This document shows positions 36,357 through 48,174 of a DNA stretch of 64,000 nt, one piece after another. Positions within the stretch are counted from its first letter, which is position 1. Every line of letters begins with the position of its first letter. The notes under the pieces were generated by a model, which was not told the origin of the DNA, ran no database searches, and worked only from the letters and a program-made list of their open reading frames with translations. This DNA comes from Candidatus Aminicenantes bacterium (GTDB lineage Bacteria; Acidobacteriota; Aminicenantia; Aminicenantales; JAFGBC01): positions 3,168,001-3,232,000 of the forward strand of contig OY969696.1 of the NCBI GenBank assembly GCA_963702005.1, read 5' to 3'. A program made the position numbers and the translations under genes.

Positions 36357-37528
36357 GGTGTTTTGACTCCTTCCGCACCGAAACTCACTCGGATCAGGAC
36401 GATCTCGGGGCGGCTCCCGGTCCGGATCGGCGGGCCCCAGGTCCCGACGCCGCAGGAAACGTAGTAGTGGGTCGCGCCCCTCCGCCAATAGCCCCAATTC
36501 TGTTCGTAGACGCTCTTGTTGATGAGGTTGAGCGGGAAGAGCTGGCCGGCGTGGGTATGGCCGGAAAGCTGCAGGTCGACCCCGTTCGCCTCGGCCTCCT
36601 CGAGGCGGAAGGGCTGGTGGTCGAGCAGGATGACCGGCCGCCCGCGGTCCGGCGAGCCGAGGACCTCGGCCAGGCTCTTCCGGCTCTGGCCGAAGCGGAC
36701 GGACGTCGGATCCTTCCGTCCGGCCAGCAGGAACGCGTCGGCAACCAGGACCGTTTCGTCCTCGAGGACCCGGACCCCGGACCGCCTTAAGTATTCGATA
36801 TTCTTGACGATCCCCCCGTAGTATTCATGATTCCCGCTGACGGCGTAGACGCCGAGCGGAGCTTGGATCCCCCGGAGCGTCGCCGTCATCTTCTCTTCTT
36901 CTTCGGCCGGGACGCTTTCGTCCACGACGTCCCCCGGCAGGAGGACGATGTCGGGACGGAGGCCGTTGATCATGGATACGATCTTGGCCAGCCTGGAGTT
37001 CCGGATGATCGTCCCCAGGTGAATGTCCGAGGCCATCACGATCCGGAGGCCTTGGAGGGCGCCGGCCGGCTTGGGGATGGCAACGTCCAACGTCCGGATC
37101 CGCGGCCGGAGGGCGTTGAGGTACCCCCAGACCGCGATGAGGAGCACGGCGGCGGCGACTCCGGCCAGCACCCCGGCGCCGGCCCGGGCGGGATGACGGC
37201 GGACGAAGGCGGGAAAGATATGGAGGAGGCGGTCGGCGAGCCTGAGGATATCGACGAGGAGAACGAAGAGGAAGCCGTAGAGCATGATGGCGAAGTAAAA
37301 AGACCCGACTTGGAGAAGGACGCCGCCCGCCGCCGCATGGAGACCGCGCTCCAGGAAGCGGCCGAGCGGATAGGCGAGGACGAGGATCAGAAACACGCCA
37401 AGAAAACTCCAACCCGGAAGTCCGGCTCCGCTCCAGGCCTGCCAGCCTCTCCGGCCGATATAAAAATTGACCAGCGTATAGATCGTCAGGGCTACAGTCA
37501 GGAAAATGATCAAAGTCAGACTCCTCAT
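36353..37528 (-). CDS. Membrane-anchored metallophosphoesterase (YkuE-like)
   Basis: SDIH, GDVVD, GNHE, HQP and SGHTHAGQ; N-terminal TM helices. Confidence 0.93.
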   Translation of the reverse strand: MRSLTLIIFLTVALTIYTLVNFYIGRRGWQAWSGAGLPGWSFLGVFLILVLAYPLGRFLERGLHAAAGGVLLQVGSFYFAIMLYGFLFVLLVDILRLADRLLHIFPAFVRRHPARAGAGVLAGVAAAVLLIAVWGYLNALRPRIRTLDVAIPKPAGALQGLRIVMASDIHLGTIIRNSRLAKIVSMINGLRPDIVLLPGDVVDESVPAEEEEKMTATLRGIQAPLGVYAVSGNHEYYGGIVKNIEYLRRSGVRVLEDETVLVADAFLLAGRKDPTSVRFGQSRKSLAEVLGSPDRGRPVILLDHQPFRLEEAEANGVDLQLSGHTHAGQLFPLNLINKSVYEQNWGYWRRGATHYYVSCGVGTWGPPIRTGSRPEIVLIRVSFGAEGVKTP

Positions 37529-37541
37529 TGGGCCGGACGCT

Positions 37542-38093
37542 TCAGTAATCGGGGCGGTTGAACCAAGCGATCTCGGCGAGCGGCAGCCTTTTCTTCTCCT
37601 TGGGCGGCTTCGGCTCATGGTAGCCCATCGCCATCAGCGCCATGACCTTGTAGGATCGCGGGACCTTGAGAAACCTGCGGGCCTTTTTATAATTGAACCA
37701 GCCGATCCAACAGGTTCCCAAGCCGAGCTCCCGGGCTTGAAGGGCGATGTGCTCGCCGGCGATGCCGATATCGATGGAGAGGTAAGGAATCCCTTGGAGG
37801 ACGCTCCCGATCCTGTCGGCCAGGAGATCCGGCTTCCCCAGAATCACGATCAGGACGGGGGCCTGGGCGGCGAACATGGTCGTCTTGTAGATGCCGCTGA
37901 AGACCTCTTTGGCGAAACGGTCCTTGAGTTCGGGATCGTCGATGACCAGAAACCGCCCGGGCTGGGCGTTATGGGCGGAGGGCGCCATCCGGGCGGCCTC
38001 GAGACAGGCCGTGATCTTTTCCCTATCCACCGGCGTCGGAAGATAGTGGCGGACGCTCCTCCGCGCCTCGACGAGATCGCGAAAAGCTCCCAT
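37542..38093 (-). CDS. Nitroreductase family protein
   Basis: RRSVRHY, APSAHNAQP and GLGTCWIG. Confidence 0.93.
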   Translation of the reverse strand: MGAFRDLVEARRSVRHYLPTPVDREKITACLEAARMAPSAHNAQPGRFLVIDDPELKDRFAKEVFSGIYKTTMFAAQAPVLIVILGKPDLLADRIGSVLQGIPYLSIDIGIAGEHIALQARELGLGTCWIGWFNYKKARRFLKVPRSYKVMALMAMGYHEPKPPKEKKRLPLAEIAWFNRPDY

Positions 38094-38151
38094 GGTCCTT
38101 CTCCTGATCAGCTCATTTTTGCGGTCCCAAACGCGCCGCCCGGTTCGTCGC

Positions 38152-39465
38152 TCATTTAATAAGGAAGAGGACGGTCTGGCGCCCGTCGAGGAACCAGGGA
38201 CCGCCTCTCGTGAAAGCGGCGTCTTCCTCGAGCGCGATGGTGACCTCTTGGCCGCCCCAACCCGGAACGGAGACTTTCGTGTTGAGCTCGATGGAATAGC
38301 AGGTGTCGAAGGCGAGGGGGTAGTCGCCTTGGCCGGGGACTCCGCCCTGCTTATCCCAAAGCCCGATCGTCGGCCCCGCCGCGTGGCCGTGGACGCCGAG
38401 CGGGTGGGTGTAGATGCTCGGCTTGAGGCCGGCCTCCTTGGCTCTTTTCAGGGCGGACGCTAAAACCTCGTTGCCGGTCCGGCCTTCCCCGAACTCGGCG
38501 AGCAGAATGTCCTGAAGGCGGTTCCCGGCCGCAAGAGCGGTCTTCAGCCCCTGGGGAGCGTCCTCCTCGCCGGGTCTCAACACGTAGGCGTGCTCTTGCT
38601 GGTCGGTCTTCAGGCCCAGGTAGTCGATGCCCATATCGCAGTGGAGGAGGTCGCCGCGGCGGATGACCGGGTCCTTGCCGTCTTTGTCCTTGGGCCGCTG
38701 GATGGAAATGGAGGGCGGGAACCAGGTTTCGAGCTTGAGGGCTCGGATCCGTTCCCACATCCACCACTCAACGTCTTCGGCCGTCGTGACGCCCGGCGTG
38801 ATGACGTCCGGCGAGAACGCCTCGGCGATGATGGCGTGGGCGATGGCCGTGATGTGGGGATAGACCTCGAGTTCCTCGGCCGTGCGCCGCTCGAGCCAGC
38901 CCACGGCCAGCCTCTCCGCGGAACCGATCCGGCCCGCCCATTCGGGACCGAGAGCCTTCAGGAAGCGGGCTTTCAGGGAGGCCGTCAGCCCGTCGCCGAA
39001 GGCGAAGATCTCCGATTCGTCGATTCCGATCCGCTTCGGGTTCCTGTCTTTGACGACCCGGGCCAGGCACTCCCATTGATCCTGCTTGTCCTTGTCCGGC
39101 TGCCAGGCCGCCGTATAGAGAGTCCCGATCGGGTAGCGGCCGACCACGATCTTCTCCACCCCCTGGGCGCCCCTGTCGAAGAAGACGAGCATGGACAACC
39201 GCCGGGCCGAGAGCGAATTGGCCGGGACCAGGGTCAGATAGACGGGGTCTTCGTTATACTCCTGGCAGATGACGACCCACATGTCGAACTTCTCCCGCCG
39301 CATAATCTCGGGAAGCACGGTATCGAGGCGGGCTTTGAGCCATCGGTCTTGGACGGCCGCCCGGTCCTTGAGGGGCAGGATGGAGGGCGTCCACGCTTCC
39401 GCGCGAGCGGACTGAAGCCCGGCGCAGACGGCCAGGATGACGAGAATGGGAAGAAATTTTCTCAT
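38152..39465 (-). CDS. M24 family (Xaa-Pro aminopeptidase-like) exported metallopeptidase
   Basis: HCDMG, TD, THPLG.HGH, SIE and LEED metal ligands; signal peptide. Confidence 0.88.
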   Translation of the reverse strand: MRKFLPILVILAVCAGLQSARAEAWTPSILPLKDRAAVQDRWLKARLDTVLPEIMRREKFDMWVVICQEYNEDPVYLTLVPANSLSARRLSMLVFFDRGAQGVEKIVVGRYPIGTLYTAAWQPDKDKQDQWECLARVVKDRNPKRIGIDESEIFAFGDGLTASLKARFLKALGPEWAGRIGSAERLAVGWLERRTAEELEVYPHITAIAHAIIAEAFSPDVITPGVTTAEDVEWWMWERIRALKLETWFPPSISIQRPKDKDGKDPVIRRGDLLHCDMGIDYLGLKTDQQEHAYVLRPGEEDAPQGLKTALAAGNRLQDILLAEFGEGRTGNEVLASALKRAKEAGLKPSIYTHPLGVHGHAAGPTIGLWDKQGGVPGQGDYPLAFDTCYSIELNTKVSVPGWGGQEVTIALEEDAAFTRGGPWFLDGRQTVLFLIK

Positions 39466-39578
39466 CGGGTCCTCCGTTAACCATAGAATATAGACTAAAA
39501 CGCGGTCCCCGTAAACTCGGGATTGAACTTAGCGCCCAAAATTTCGTATACTAAGAAGAGTCAAGGAGGCGTTATACC

Positions 39579-40595
39579 ATGAAAAAAATCGTCATCTTCG
39601 TCCTGGCATTGACCCTGGCCCTCATCCTGCTGATGTCCTGCGCCAAGAAAGGCGGGGGGGTCACGGGCGAAGGGCTGTTGGCCTATCTCCCCAAGGCCAC
39701 CAACGGCGTCATCGTCCTGGATCTCAACCGGATCATGAACACGGACGCCGCCAACAAAGCCATCAAGGAGGACAAGGCCGTCCAGAAGTATCAGGAATTC
39801 ATCCAGAAGACCGGGATCGACCCCCAGAAGGACATCCACTTTGCGGCGATCGGTCTGGCCGGCGACCTGACGGCCAAATCGGCGGAGGCCGCGGTCGTCG
39901 TCAACATGACTTACAAGAAAGACGACCTCATCGCCAAGATCAAGGCCGAGGCCAAGAACCTCCAGGAGTCGACCTATAACGGCGTCACGCTCTACACGGT
40001 CCCCGAGGGCGAAGGCAAGAAGCAGGCTTACCTCGCCTTCCTCGATGCCTCACTGGTCGCCGGTGGCAGCGAGACCTCCATCAAGTCCGTCATCGACGTT
40101 TTCCAGAACAAAGGCGAGAGCGTCCTGAAGAACGAAGCTCTGGCCGGAATCCTCAAGGGCGTTCATAAGGACGCCATGGTCTGGTGCGCTTTCTCCATCC
40201 CGCCCCAAGCCATGGAGATGGCGACCTCCCAGAGCCCGATGCTGGCCAACCTCAAGGGCCTCTACGGCCTGACCATGTTCTTCGACTACAAGAACAAGAG
40301 CCTCATCGCCGAAATCAAGGGGCTCAATAAGGACGAGGCCAAGAACAAGGAAATCGCGACCATGCTCGACGGGCTCAAGGCCATGGGCGCCATGGCCTCG
40401 ACCAAAGACCCGAGCCTGGGCGAAGTCCTCGACAAGATTCAGATCGCCTCGGGCCCAACCGACATCACGATCTCGGCCGACATCCCCGAAGACCTCCTCA
40501 ACAAGCTCAAGGCCAAGGCCGAGGAAAAAGTCCAGGGCATGATCCCCAAGAAGCCCGAGGGCCAGCCAGAGACGCCGAAGGAAGAGAAAAAATAA
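39579..40595 (+). CDS. Hypothetical lipoprotein
   Basis: AAGGAGG RBS; LMSC lipobox; strongly biased codon usage. Confidence 0.85.
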   Translation: MKKIVIFVLALTLALILLMSCAKKGGGVTGEGLLAYLPKATNGVIVLDLNRIMNTDAANKAIKEDKAVQKYQEFIQKTGIDPQKDIHFAAIGLAGDLTAKSAEAAVVVNMTYKKDDLIAKIKAEAKNLQESTYNGVTLYTVPEGEGKKQAYLAFLDASLVAGGSETSIKSVIDVFQNKGESVLKNEALAGILKGVHKDAMVWCAFSIPPQAMEMATSQSPMLANLKGLYGLTMFFDYKNKSLIAEIKGLNKDEAKNKEIATMLDGLKAMGAMASTKDPSLGEVLDKIQIASGPTDITISADIPEDLLNKLKAKAEEKVQGMIPKKPEGQPETPKEEKK

Positions 40596-40640
40596 TCGAC
40601 TGAAGAGCGGATCAACGGTTCGTTAGATATCGAACTCGGA

Positions 40641-40672
40641 GGGCGGCTTTCCCTCGAAGGCCGCCCGTTTTT
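40641..40672 (+). terminator. Rho-independent terminator
   Basis: GGGCGGCTTT...AAGGCCGCCC stem followed by GTTTTT. Confidence 0.7.
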
Positions 40673-40827
40673 CTGAATATCCCCATGACCTCCCTCAAGA
40701 ACAGTGAATAAAAGGGGCAAGGAAGCAGCCGCCTCCTGTCCGCCGGTCACCATCGAGACTGATTATCCTCGCTTGTCAAAATTCATTTTTTTCAATATCG
40801 TATCAAGCATCAGAAAATGAAGGAGTA

Positions 40828-42936
<2,109 letters not shown>

Positions 42937-42995
42937 AATCCCGGGCAGGATATAAGATCGTCCTGCCGGCAAGGAATATCGGGAGGCCCGCTCAG

Positions 42996-44543
42996 CTACC
43001 AGGCCTGACCGAGGCCGGAGAGGAGAGCGGCGAATACAGCAATACCGTCCCAAAGGTTCTTAAGGCGGATGTTTTCGTTCGGGCCGTGCTGGTTGTTGTC
43101 GTAGTTGGCGATCGGAAGCCCCAACACGGGGATGCCCAGCACGTCGGCAAACATCTTCATCGGCACGCTGCCGCCGAGCGCCGGCAATCGGAGCGGCGGT
43201 TCGCTCAGGGCGCTTCCCAGAGTCCGGGCCACCGCAAGGCCGAAAGGATCGTCGAGCGCCAGCCTGTAGGGGGGATAACCGTCCTCCCACTCTAGCTTGA
43301 TGAGCTTAGGGAGCTTGATGCGCTCATCCGGATTCGGATCTTTTCGAATGATGTGAAAGCCTCGGGCGGCGATGTGCGCTTCGACCAGCTTTTTCACGGT
43401 ATCGGGGTCCTGGTCGGGCACGAGCCGGAAGTCGATCGAAGCCCGCGCCTGGGCGGGAACGGCGTTGGCAGCCTTGGCGCCGACGGCGCCGGCCTCCAGC
43501 CCTCGAAAGTTAAGGGCCGGCATCAGGATGCGGCTCGCCAGGCGGGCATTGCCGGCTTCGCTCCAAGCCAGCCCGTACTCGCGCCGGAGCCTGGCATCGA
43601 TGTCGGGCAACTCCGCGATGGCCTTTTGATCGGCCTCGGAAATGGGGCGGACCCTGTCATAGAATCCTTCGATAAGGATGGCGCCTTCTTCGTTGCGCAT
43701 GCCGGCCAGCAAGCTCGCCAATAACGAGATCGGGTTGGGAGCCCAGTTTCCGTAGTGGCCGCTGTGGAGGGGATGGTTCGGCCCATAGACGGTCATTTCC
43801 AAGCCCATGCTGCCCCGGGCCCCGAAAGTGACCTGCATCCGGCCGGTCTGGTCCACGGGTCCGTCGCAGATAAACATGGCATCGGCGCGCAAGAGCTCTC
43901 GGTATTTTCGAAGTAGCCCTTGGAGATGCGGGGAGCCGGCTTCTTCCTCGCCCTCGAACAATAATTTCACGTTGATCGAAGGCAAGGATGATTCGGACTT
44001 GAGGAAATCGACGGCCGCGGCCAGGGCCATAATGGGGGCCTTATCGTCGCTCGTCGAGCGCCCATAGAGACGATAATCACGGCCCCTATCTAAGGTGACG
44101 GCCGACGGGTCGATGATCTTTCCCCCATCCTCGAGCCGCCCGTCTCTCAGCGCGGGTTTCCAGGGATCGTCTTTCCATTGGGCGGGATCGACCGGCTGGC
44201 CGTCGTAGTGCGCGTAAAAAATAACGGTCCTCTTCGCCCCGGGCTGCGCTATTTCTCCATAAACAAGCGGCGGGCCCCCCTCCCCTTCCAGGAGCCGCGC
44301 CTCGACTCCTCTCCGCCGGAGCATCACCACGATGGCCTCCGCGTTGCGCCGAATGTTCGGTCGGTCGGAAGCGATGTTGGGGATCGATAGAAGCTCGGAA
44401 TACTCCTTGAGAATGGACGCGCAGTTTTTATCGATGAAGGCTTTGACCATCAGGCCTTGATCGGGGAAAGCCGGCGGCGCCGCGAGAGCCAGAGCCAATA
44501 ACGAGCACAAAGCCAAAGCGCGAAACAGAGCCGGACGTTTCAT
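42996..44543 (-). CDS. M20/M25/M40 family metallo-hydrolase (exported)
   Basis: YAHYDGQP, GRSTSDDK, EGEEEAGS, LHSGHYG and QHGPNEN. Confidence 0.92.
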   Translation of the reverse strand: MKRPALFRALALCSLLALALAAPPAFPDQGLMVKAFIDKNCASILKEYSELLSIPNIASDRPNIRRNAEAIVVMLRRRGVEARLLEGEGGPPLVYGEIAQPGAKRTVIFYAHYDGQPVDPAQWKDDPWKPALRDGRLEDGGKIIDPSAVTLDRGRDYRLYGRSTSDDKAPIMALAAAVDFLKSESSLPSINVKLLFEGEEEAGSPHLQGLLRKYRELLRADAMFICDGPVDQTGRMQVTFGARGSMGLEMTVYGPNHPLHSGHYGNWAPNPISLLASLLAGMRNEEGAILIEGFYDRVRPISEADQKAIAELPDIDARLRREYGLAWSEAGNARLASRILMPALNFRGLEAGAVGAKAANAVPAQARASIDFRLVPDQDPDTVKKLVEAHIAARGFHIIRKDPNPDERIKLPKLIKLEWEDGYPPYRLALDDPFGLAVARTLGSALSEPPLRLPALGGSVPMKMFADVLGIPVLGLPIANYDNNQHGPNENIRLKNLWDGIAVFAALLSGLGQAW

Positions 44544-44564
44544 CCCGCGACTCCTCTCTTAAAA

Positions 44565-44634
44565 TGGGGTCAAACCTACACTTTGGTAAAAAGTACAAAT
44601 TTGCACTTAGTGACAAAGTGTAGGTTTGACCCCA
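44565..44634. repeat. 70-bp AT-rich palindromic element with 21-bp perfect terminal inverted repeats
   Basis: TGGGGTCAAACCTACACTTTG (44565-44585) and CAAAGTGTAGGTTTGACCCCA (44614-44634). Confidence 0.9.
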
Positions 44635-44641
44635 AGACTCC

Positions 44642-45424
44642 TCAGTCTTCGTAGATGTATTCTTTGTAATGGAAGAAGAGGGCGGCCAGGGTCAGGAATC
44701 CGGCCGTGATTAGGATCAGGGTCAGGATCGAGACCGGCCAGGCGGTCGGCTCGAGGCGGAAGGTCAGGAAGGAAAAACGGCCCCGCGAAGTTATAATCCT
44801 GGGCAGGAGCGACTTAAGATAGTGGGCGATGGCGAAACGCTGGGTCGAGCCCGGAAAATATTGAATGACGTTCTCCCAGCCAAACGAGAACAGCAGCCCG
44901 ACCATGATCGACTTTTTAAGGAATGTCCCCAGGAAGGTGAAGAAGCCGCCGTAGGCCAAAATCCCCAAGGTCAGGACGCCGAGGTAGCGGAGGAGGACCA
45001 GCCAGGTCTGGGCCTCGCCCAGCCTTTCGAAATTCAGGATCAGAAAACAGGCGATGAGGCCGGTCCAGACCATAGCCGTCACGATGAGGGTATAGGCCGC
45101 GTATTTCCCGATCAGGATGGCCGACTTGGGGACGGGACGGGTCACCAGATAGGTCAGGGTCCGCCCTTCGACCTCCTCGGACGTCACCGACGTCCCGAAG
45201 AAAAGCGTCAGGATCAGGACCAGGAACTGAAGGAAGAAGGTCATGATGACGTTGGTGAACAGATGCATCCCGTTGAAGCTGCCGTCCCCGCCCACGGCCT
45301 GGTTGAAGCGAAAGACGGTGGCGATGACGACCGGGATGAGCGAGATCAGGAGGAAGGCCTGGGTCCGCCGCGTTTTGCGGCCGTAGAAGGCGAAAAAACC
45401 GAACACCTCCCGGATCGTTTTCAT
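44642..45424 (-). CDS. ABC transporter permease
   Basis: EEVEGRTLTYLVTRPV..IL.GK motif; six TM segments. Confidence 0.9.
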   Translation of the reverse strand: MKTIREVFGFFAFYGRKTRRTQAFLLISLIPVVIATVFRFNQAVGGDGSFNGMHLFTNVIMTFFLQFLVLILTLFFGTSVTSEEVEGRTLTYLVTRPVPKSAILIGKYAAYTLIVTAMVWTGLIACFLILNFERLGEAQTWLVLLRYLGVLTLGILAYGGFFTFLGTFLKKSIMVGLLFSFGWENVIQYFPGSTQRFAIAHYLKSLLPRIITSRGRFSFLTFRLEPTAWPVSILTLILITAGFLTLAALFFHYKEYIYED

Positions 45425-45425
45425 C

Positions 45426-46352
45426 TCACGTCCCCACCAGATAATCGAAGACGGCCTGGAGGTTGTCGTCGGGCGAGGTGATCTCCTCGACGCCCGCCGC
45501 CGGCTCGGCCGCGTAACGGGTCAGCCGCTCGAAGAAGCGCTCCCGGTTCGTCGTCTCGAACAGGACCATATCCCGGTTGTTCTCGAAATGGACCTTGAGG
45601 ACGTAATCCTCCCCGACGAAATGGGCGGCCAGCGCCCGCGGCGCCGCCGACCGGACGGCGATGATGTGGGGGTGGGCGTCGATGAGGTCCCGGATGTAAT
45701 GGATATCCCCCACCGCCAGGATCTTGCCCTGGTGAATGAGGACGATGTTGGCCGTCAGGGCTTCGATCTCGGGCAGGACGTGGCTCGAGACCAGGACGGT
45801 CCGGCCTTCGCGGCCGAAGTCCTTGATGAGCCGGATGAGCTTCCGCTTACCGAGCGGATCGAGGCCGTTCAGGGGCTCGTCGAGGATGACGACCTCGGGG
45901 TCGTGGGCGATGGCCTGGGCGAACTTGAGCCGCTGGCGCATGCCGCGGCTGTAGCTCCGCACGACCCGGTCCTTATCCGAGAGCAGCTCGACGATCCCCA
46001 GAGCTCGCTCCGTCCGCGCGGCGATCTCGGAAGGATTATAGCCCTGGAGGCGGAGGAGGTTGGTCAGGAACTCCCTGCCGCTGAGCTCTTCGTAGAAGGC
46101 GTCCTGCTCGGGGCAGAGGCCGATCCGTCCGAAGGCCCGGCTGTTGTTGCGGACCGGCTCTCCGAACACGGACACGGACCCGATCGACGGCTTGAGCTGG
46201 CCGGTCAGGAGCTTGAAGAAGGTCGACTTTCCGGCGCCGTTCGGCCCGAGCAGGCCGGTGATGCCGGGACCGATCGAGATCGTGACGTCGCTCAAGCCGA
46301 GGACGTTCCCATACCACTTGGAGAGCTTGGAGGTCTCGACCACGGCGCTCAT
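45426..46352 (-). CDS. ABC transporter ATP-binding protein
   Basis: GPNGAGKS, YSRGMRQR and ILDEP; true start at the ATGA overlap 46349-46352. Confidence 0.93.
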   Translation of the reverse strand: MSAVVETSKLSKWYGNVLGLSDVTISIGPGITGLLGPNGAGKSTFFKLLTGQLKPSIGSVSVFGEPVRNNSRAFGRIGLCPEQDAFYEELSGREFLTNLLRLQGYNPSEIAARTERALGIVELLSDKDRVVRSYSRGMRQRLKFAQAIAHDPEVVILDEPLNGLDPLGKRKLIRLIKDFGREGRTVLVSSHVLPEIEALTANIVLIHQGKILAVGDIHYIRDLIDAHPHIIAVRSAAPRALAAHFVGEDYVLKVHFENNRDMVLFETTNRERFFERLTRYAAEPAAGVEEITSPDDNLQAVFDYLVGT

Positions 46353-47218
46353 TTGATGACCTCGACGCCCTTGACGCGCTGGCGGAGGACGAGGGCCGAC
46401 ACCGCGCAGATGGCCAGCAGGATCAAGAGGGAATAGAGCCAGGGGACGGCGTAGGGGGCTTTGACGTTGAAGAAGGCGGCTCCGACCTGCTGGAGGTTGG
46501 CTTTGATCGAGAGGAGGGCGAAATAGGGGCTCCGGAACGATTCGTAAAAAATTCCGAACAGGACGTCGGAGAAAATGTAAATCGTGAAGAGCAGAATGGC
46601 CGTGTAGCGGCGGTTCTTGCTGACCGAGGAGATCATGAGCGTGTAGAAGGAGAAAAAGGCCGTGACTAGCGCGCTGTAGCCGATGACGGACAGGGGAATC
46701 CAGGGATAGGAGGCCAAAAACCGGAAGCTCCCCGCAAAGATAAGCTTGCAAAGGACGAAGACGAGGCCGGGGACGACGGTGACCAGCGACAGGAAGAAGA
46801 CGAGGATGGCCGCCTTGCCCAGGAAGTAATCCTTCTTGGTCAGGGGACGGGCGAAGTAGAGCTGAAGGGCGTTGTGGCGGAGCTCGTCGGCGATGAGTCC
46901 CGACCCGGCCAGGACCATGAGCATGAGCATCATGAACAGCAGGAAATCGCCGGCGAAATAAGCCCGGAAGAAACCGGGATTGACCTCGAGGAAGGTCGGG
47001 GTCCCCTTGATCATGACCTTGAAGTCCTGGATCTTCTCGGAGGCATAGATGCCGACGAGAAAAGCGAAGGCCGGGGCCAGGGAGACGAAGAAGGAGAACT
47101 TAAAGAATTTCCGCTTGAAGGCGAGCCGGATCCCCTGCCGGGTGATCGGCGACCAGGGGCGGCGCCGCTCGAGGAGCTCGCCGTCCCAGTGGCTGTAGCC
47201 TCGTTCCGCGATCCCCAT
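46349..47218 (-). CDS. ABC transporter permease
   Basis: ADELRHNALQLYFARPLTKKDYFLGK; TGATG coupling to the upstream gene. Confidence 0.9.
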   Translation of the reverse strand: MGIAERGYSHWDGELLERRRPWSPITRQGIRLAFKRKFFKFSFFVSLAPAFAFLVGIYASEKIQDFKVMIKGTPTFLEVNPGFFRAYFAGDFLLFMMLMLMVLAGSGLIADELRHNALQLYFARPLTKKDYFLGKAAILVFFLSLVTVVPGLVFVLCKLIFAGSFRFLASYPWIPLSVIGYSALVTAFFSFYTLMISSVSKNRRYTAILLFTIYIFSDVLFGIFYESFRSPYFALLSIKANLQQVGAAFFNVKAPYAVPWLYSLLILLAICAVSALVLRQRVKGVEVIK

Positions 47219-48129
47219 CAGTCGACTCCGACGGCTTTGGCGAAGACGTCCTCGAGGGACGTCTGGCTCTTCAGGAATTGGCGGACCTGGAGGCGCTCCT
47301 CGGCCGCGGCCTGGAAGATGACCCTCCGGTCGAGGCCGGGCGGCATGTAGACCTTGAGGATCATGTCCTCGGTCTCCTCGACCTTGCAACCGAACCCTCG
47401 GATACGGTCCAAGAAGCGGGCCGGTTCGCCCTTGACCTTGAGCTCGAACAGCCGGAAGCTCGTTTCGCGGAGGTTGGCCAGCTCGCCCTGGGCCGCGACC
47501 CGGCCCTTGTTGAGGATGACGACGAAGGCGCAGATGGCCTCGATGTCGGACAGGATGTGGGACGAGATCAGGACCTGAATGTCTTTCTTGGAGGAAATGT
47601 CCAGGATGAGCTCCAGAATCTCCTTCCGGCCCTGGGGGTCGAGGTTGCTGGTCGGCTCGTCGAGGAAAAGAAGCTTCGGATCGTGGACGATGGCTTGGGC
47701 AAGCTTGAGGCGCTGCTTCATGCCGGACGAGTAGGTCTCAAGCTGGCGGTAGCGGGACTCCCCCAGCCCGACGTAGAAGAGGACGTCGTGGGCCCTCTTC
47801 ATGGCCTCCTGGCGGGGCATGCCCGAGAGCTCCCCGAAATAGGCCGTGAAGGTGACGGCGTCCATGCCCGGGATGAAGCAGTCGTTTTCGGGCATGTAGC
47901 CGACCCGGCGCCGGATGAGGGGCTGTTGGGTCCGGATGTCGTAATTGAGAACCCGGCCCTCGCCCCGGTCGGGCCGGAGGAAGCCGAGCATGATCCGGAG
48001 GAGCGTGCTCTTGCCGGCGCCGTTCGGACCGAGCAGGCCGACGGCCCCTTCTTCGAGACGGACGTCGACGCCGTCAAGGGCCCGGACCTTGCCGTAGCTG
48101 AATCGAATATCTTTGAGCTCGATGCTCAT
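47218..48129 (-). CDS. ABC transporter ATP-binding protein
   Basis: GPNGAGKS, YSSGMKQR and FLDEPT. Confidence 0.94.
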   Translation of the reverse strand: MSIELKDIRFSYGKVRALDGVDVRLEEGAVGLLGPNGAGKSTLLRIMLGFLRPDRGEGRVLNYDIRTQQPLIRRRVGYMPENDCFIPGMDAVTFTAYFGELSGMPRQEAMKRAHDVLFYVGLGESRYRQLETYSSGMKQRLKLAQAIVHDPKLLFLDEPTSNLDPQGRKEILELILDISSKKDIQVLISSHILSDIEAICAFVVILNKGRVAAQGELANLRETSFRLFELKVKGEPARFLDRIRGFGCKVEETEDMILKVYMPPGLDRRVIFQAAAEERLQVRQFLKSQTSLEDVFAKAVGVD

Positions 48130-48174
48130 GCTATAACCGTCTCTAATAAACTACGGGAATCGGGCCGGTAAAGT

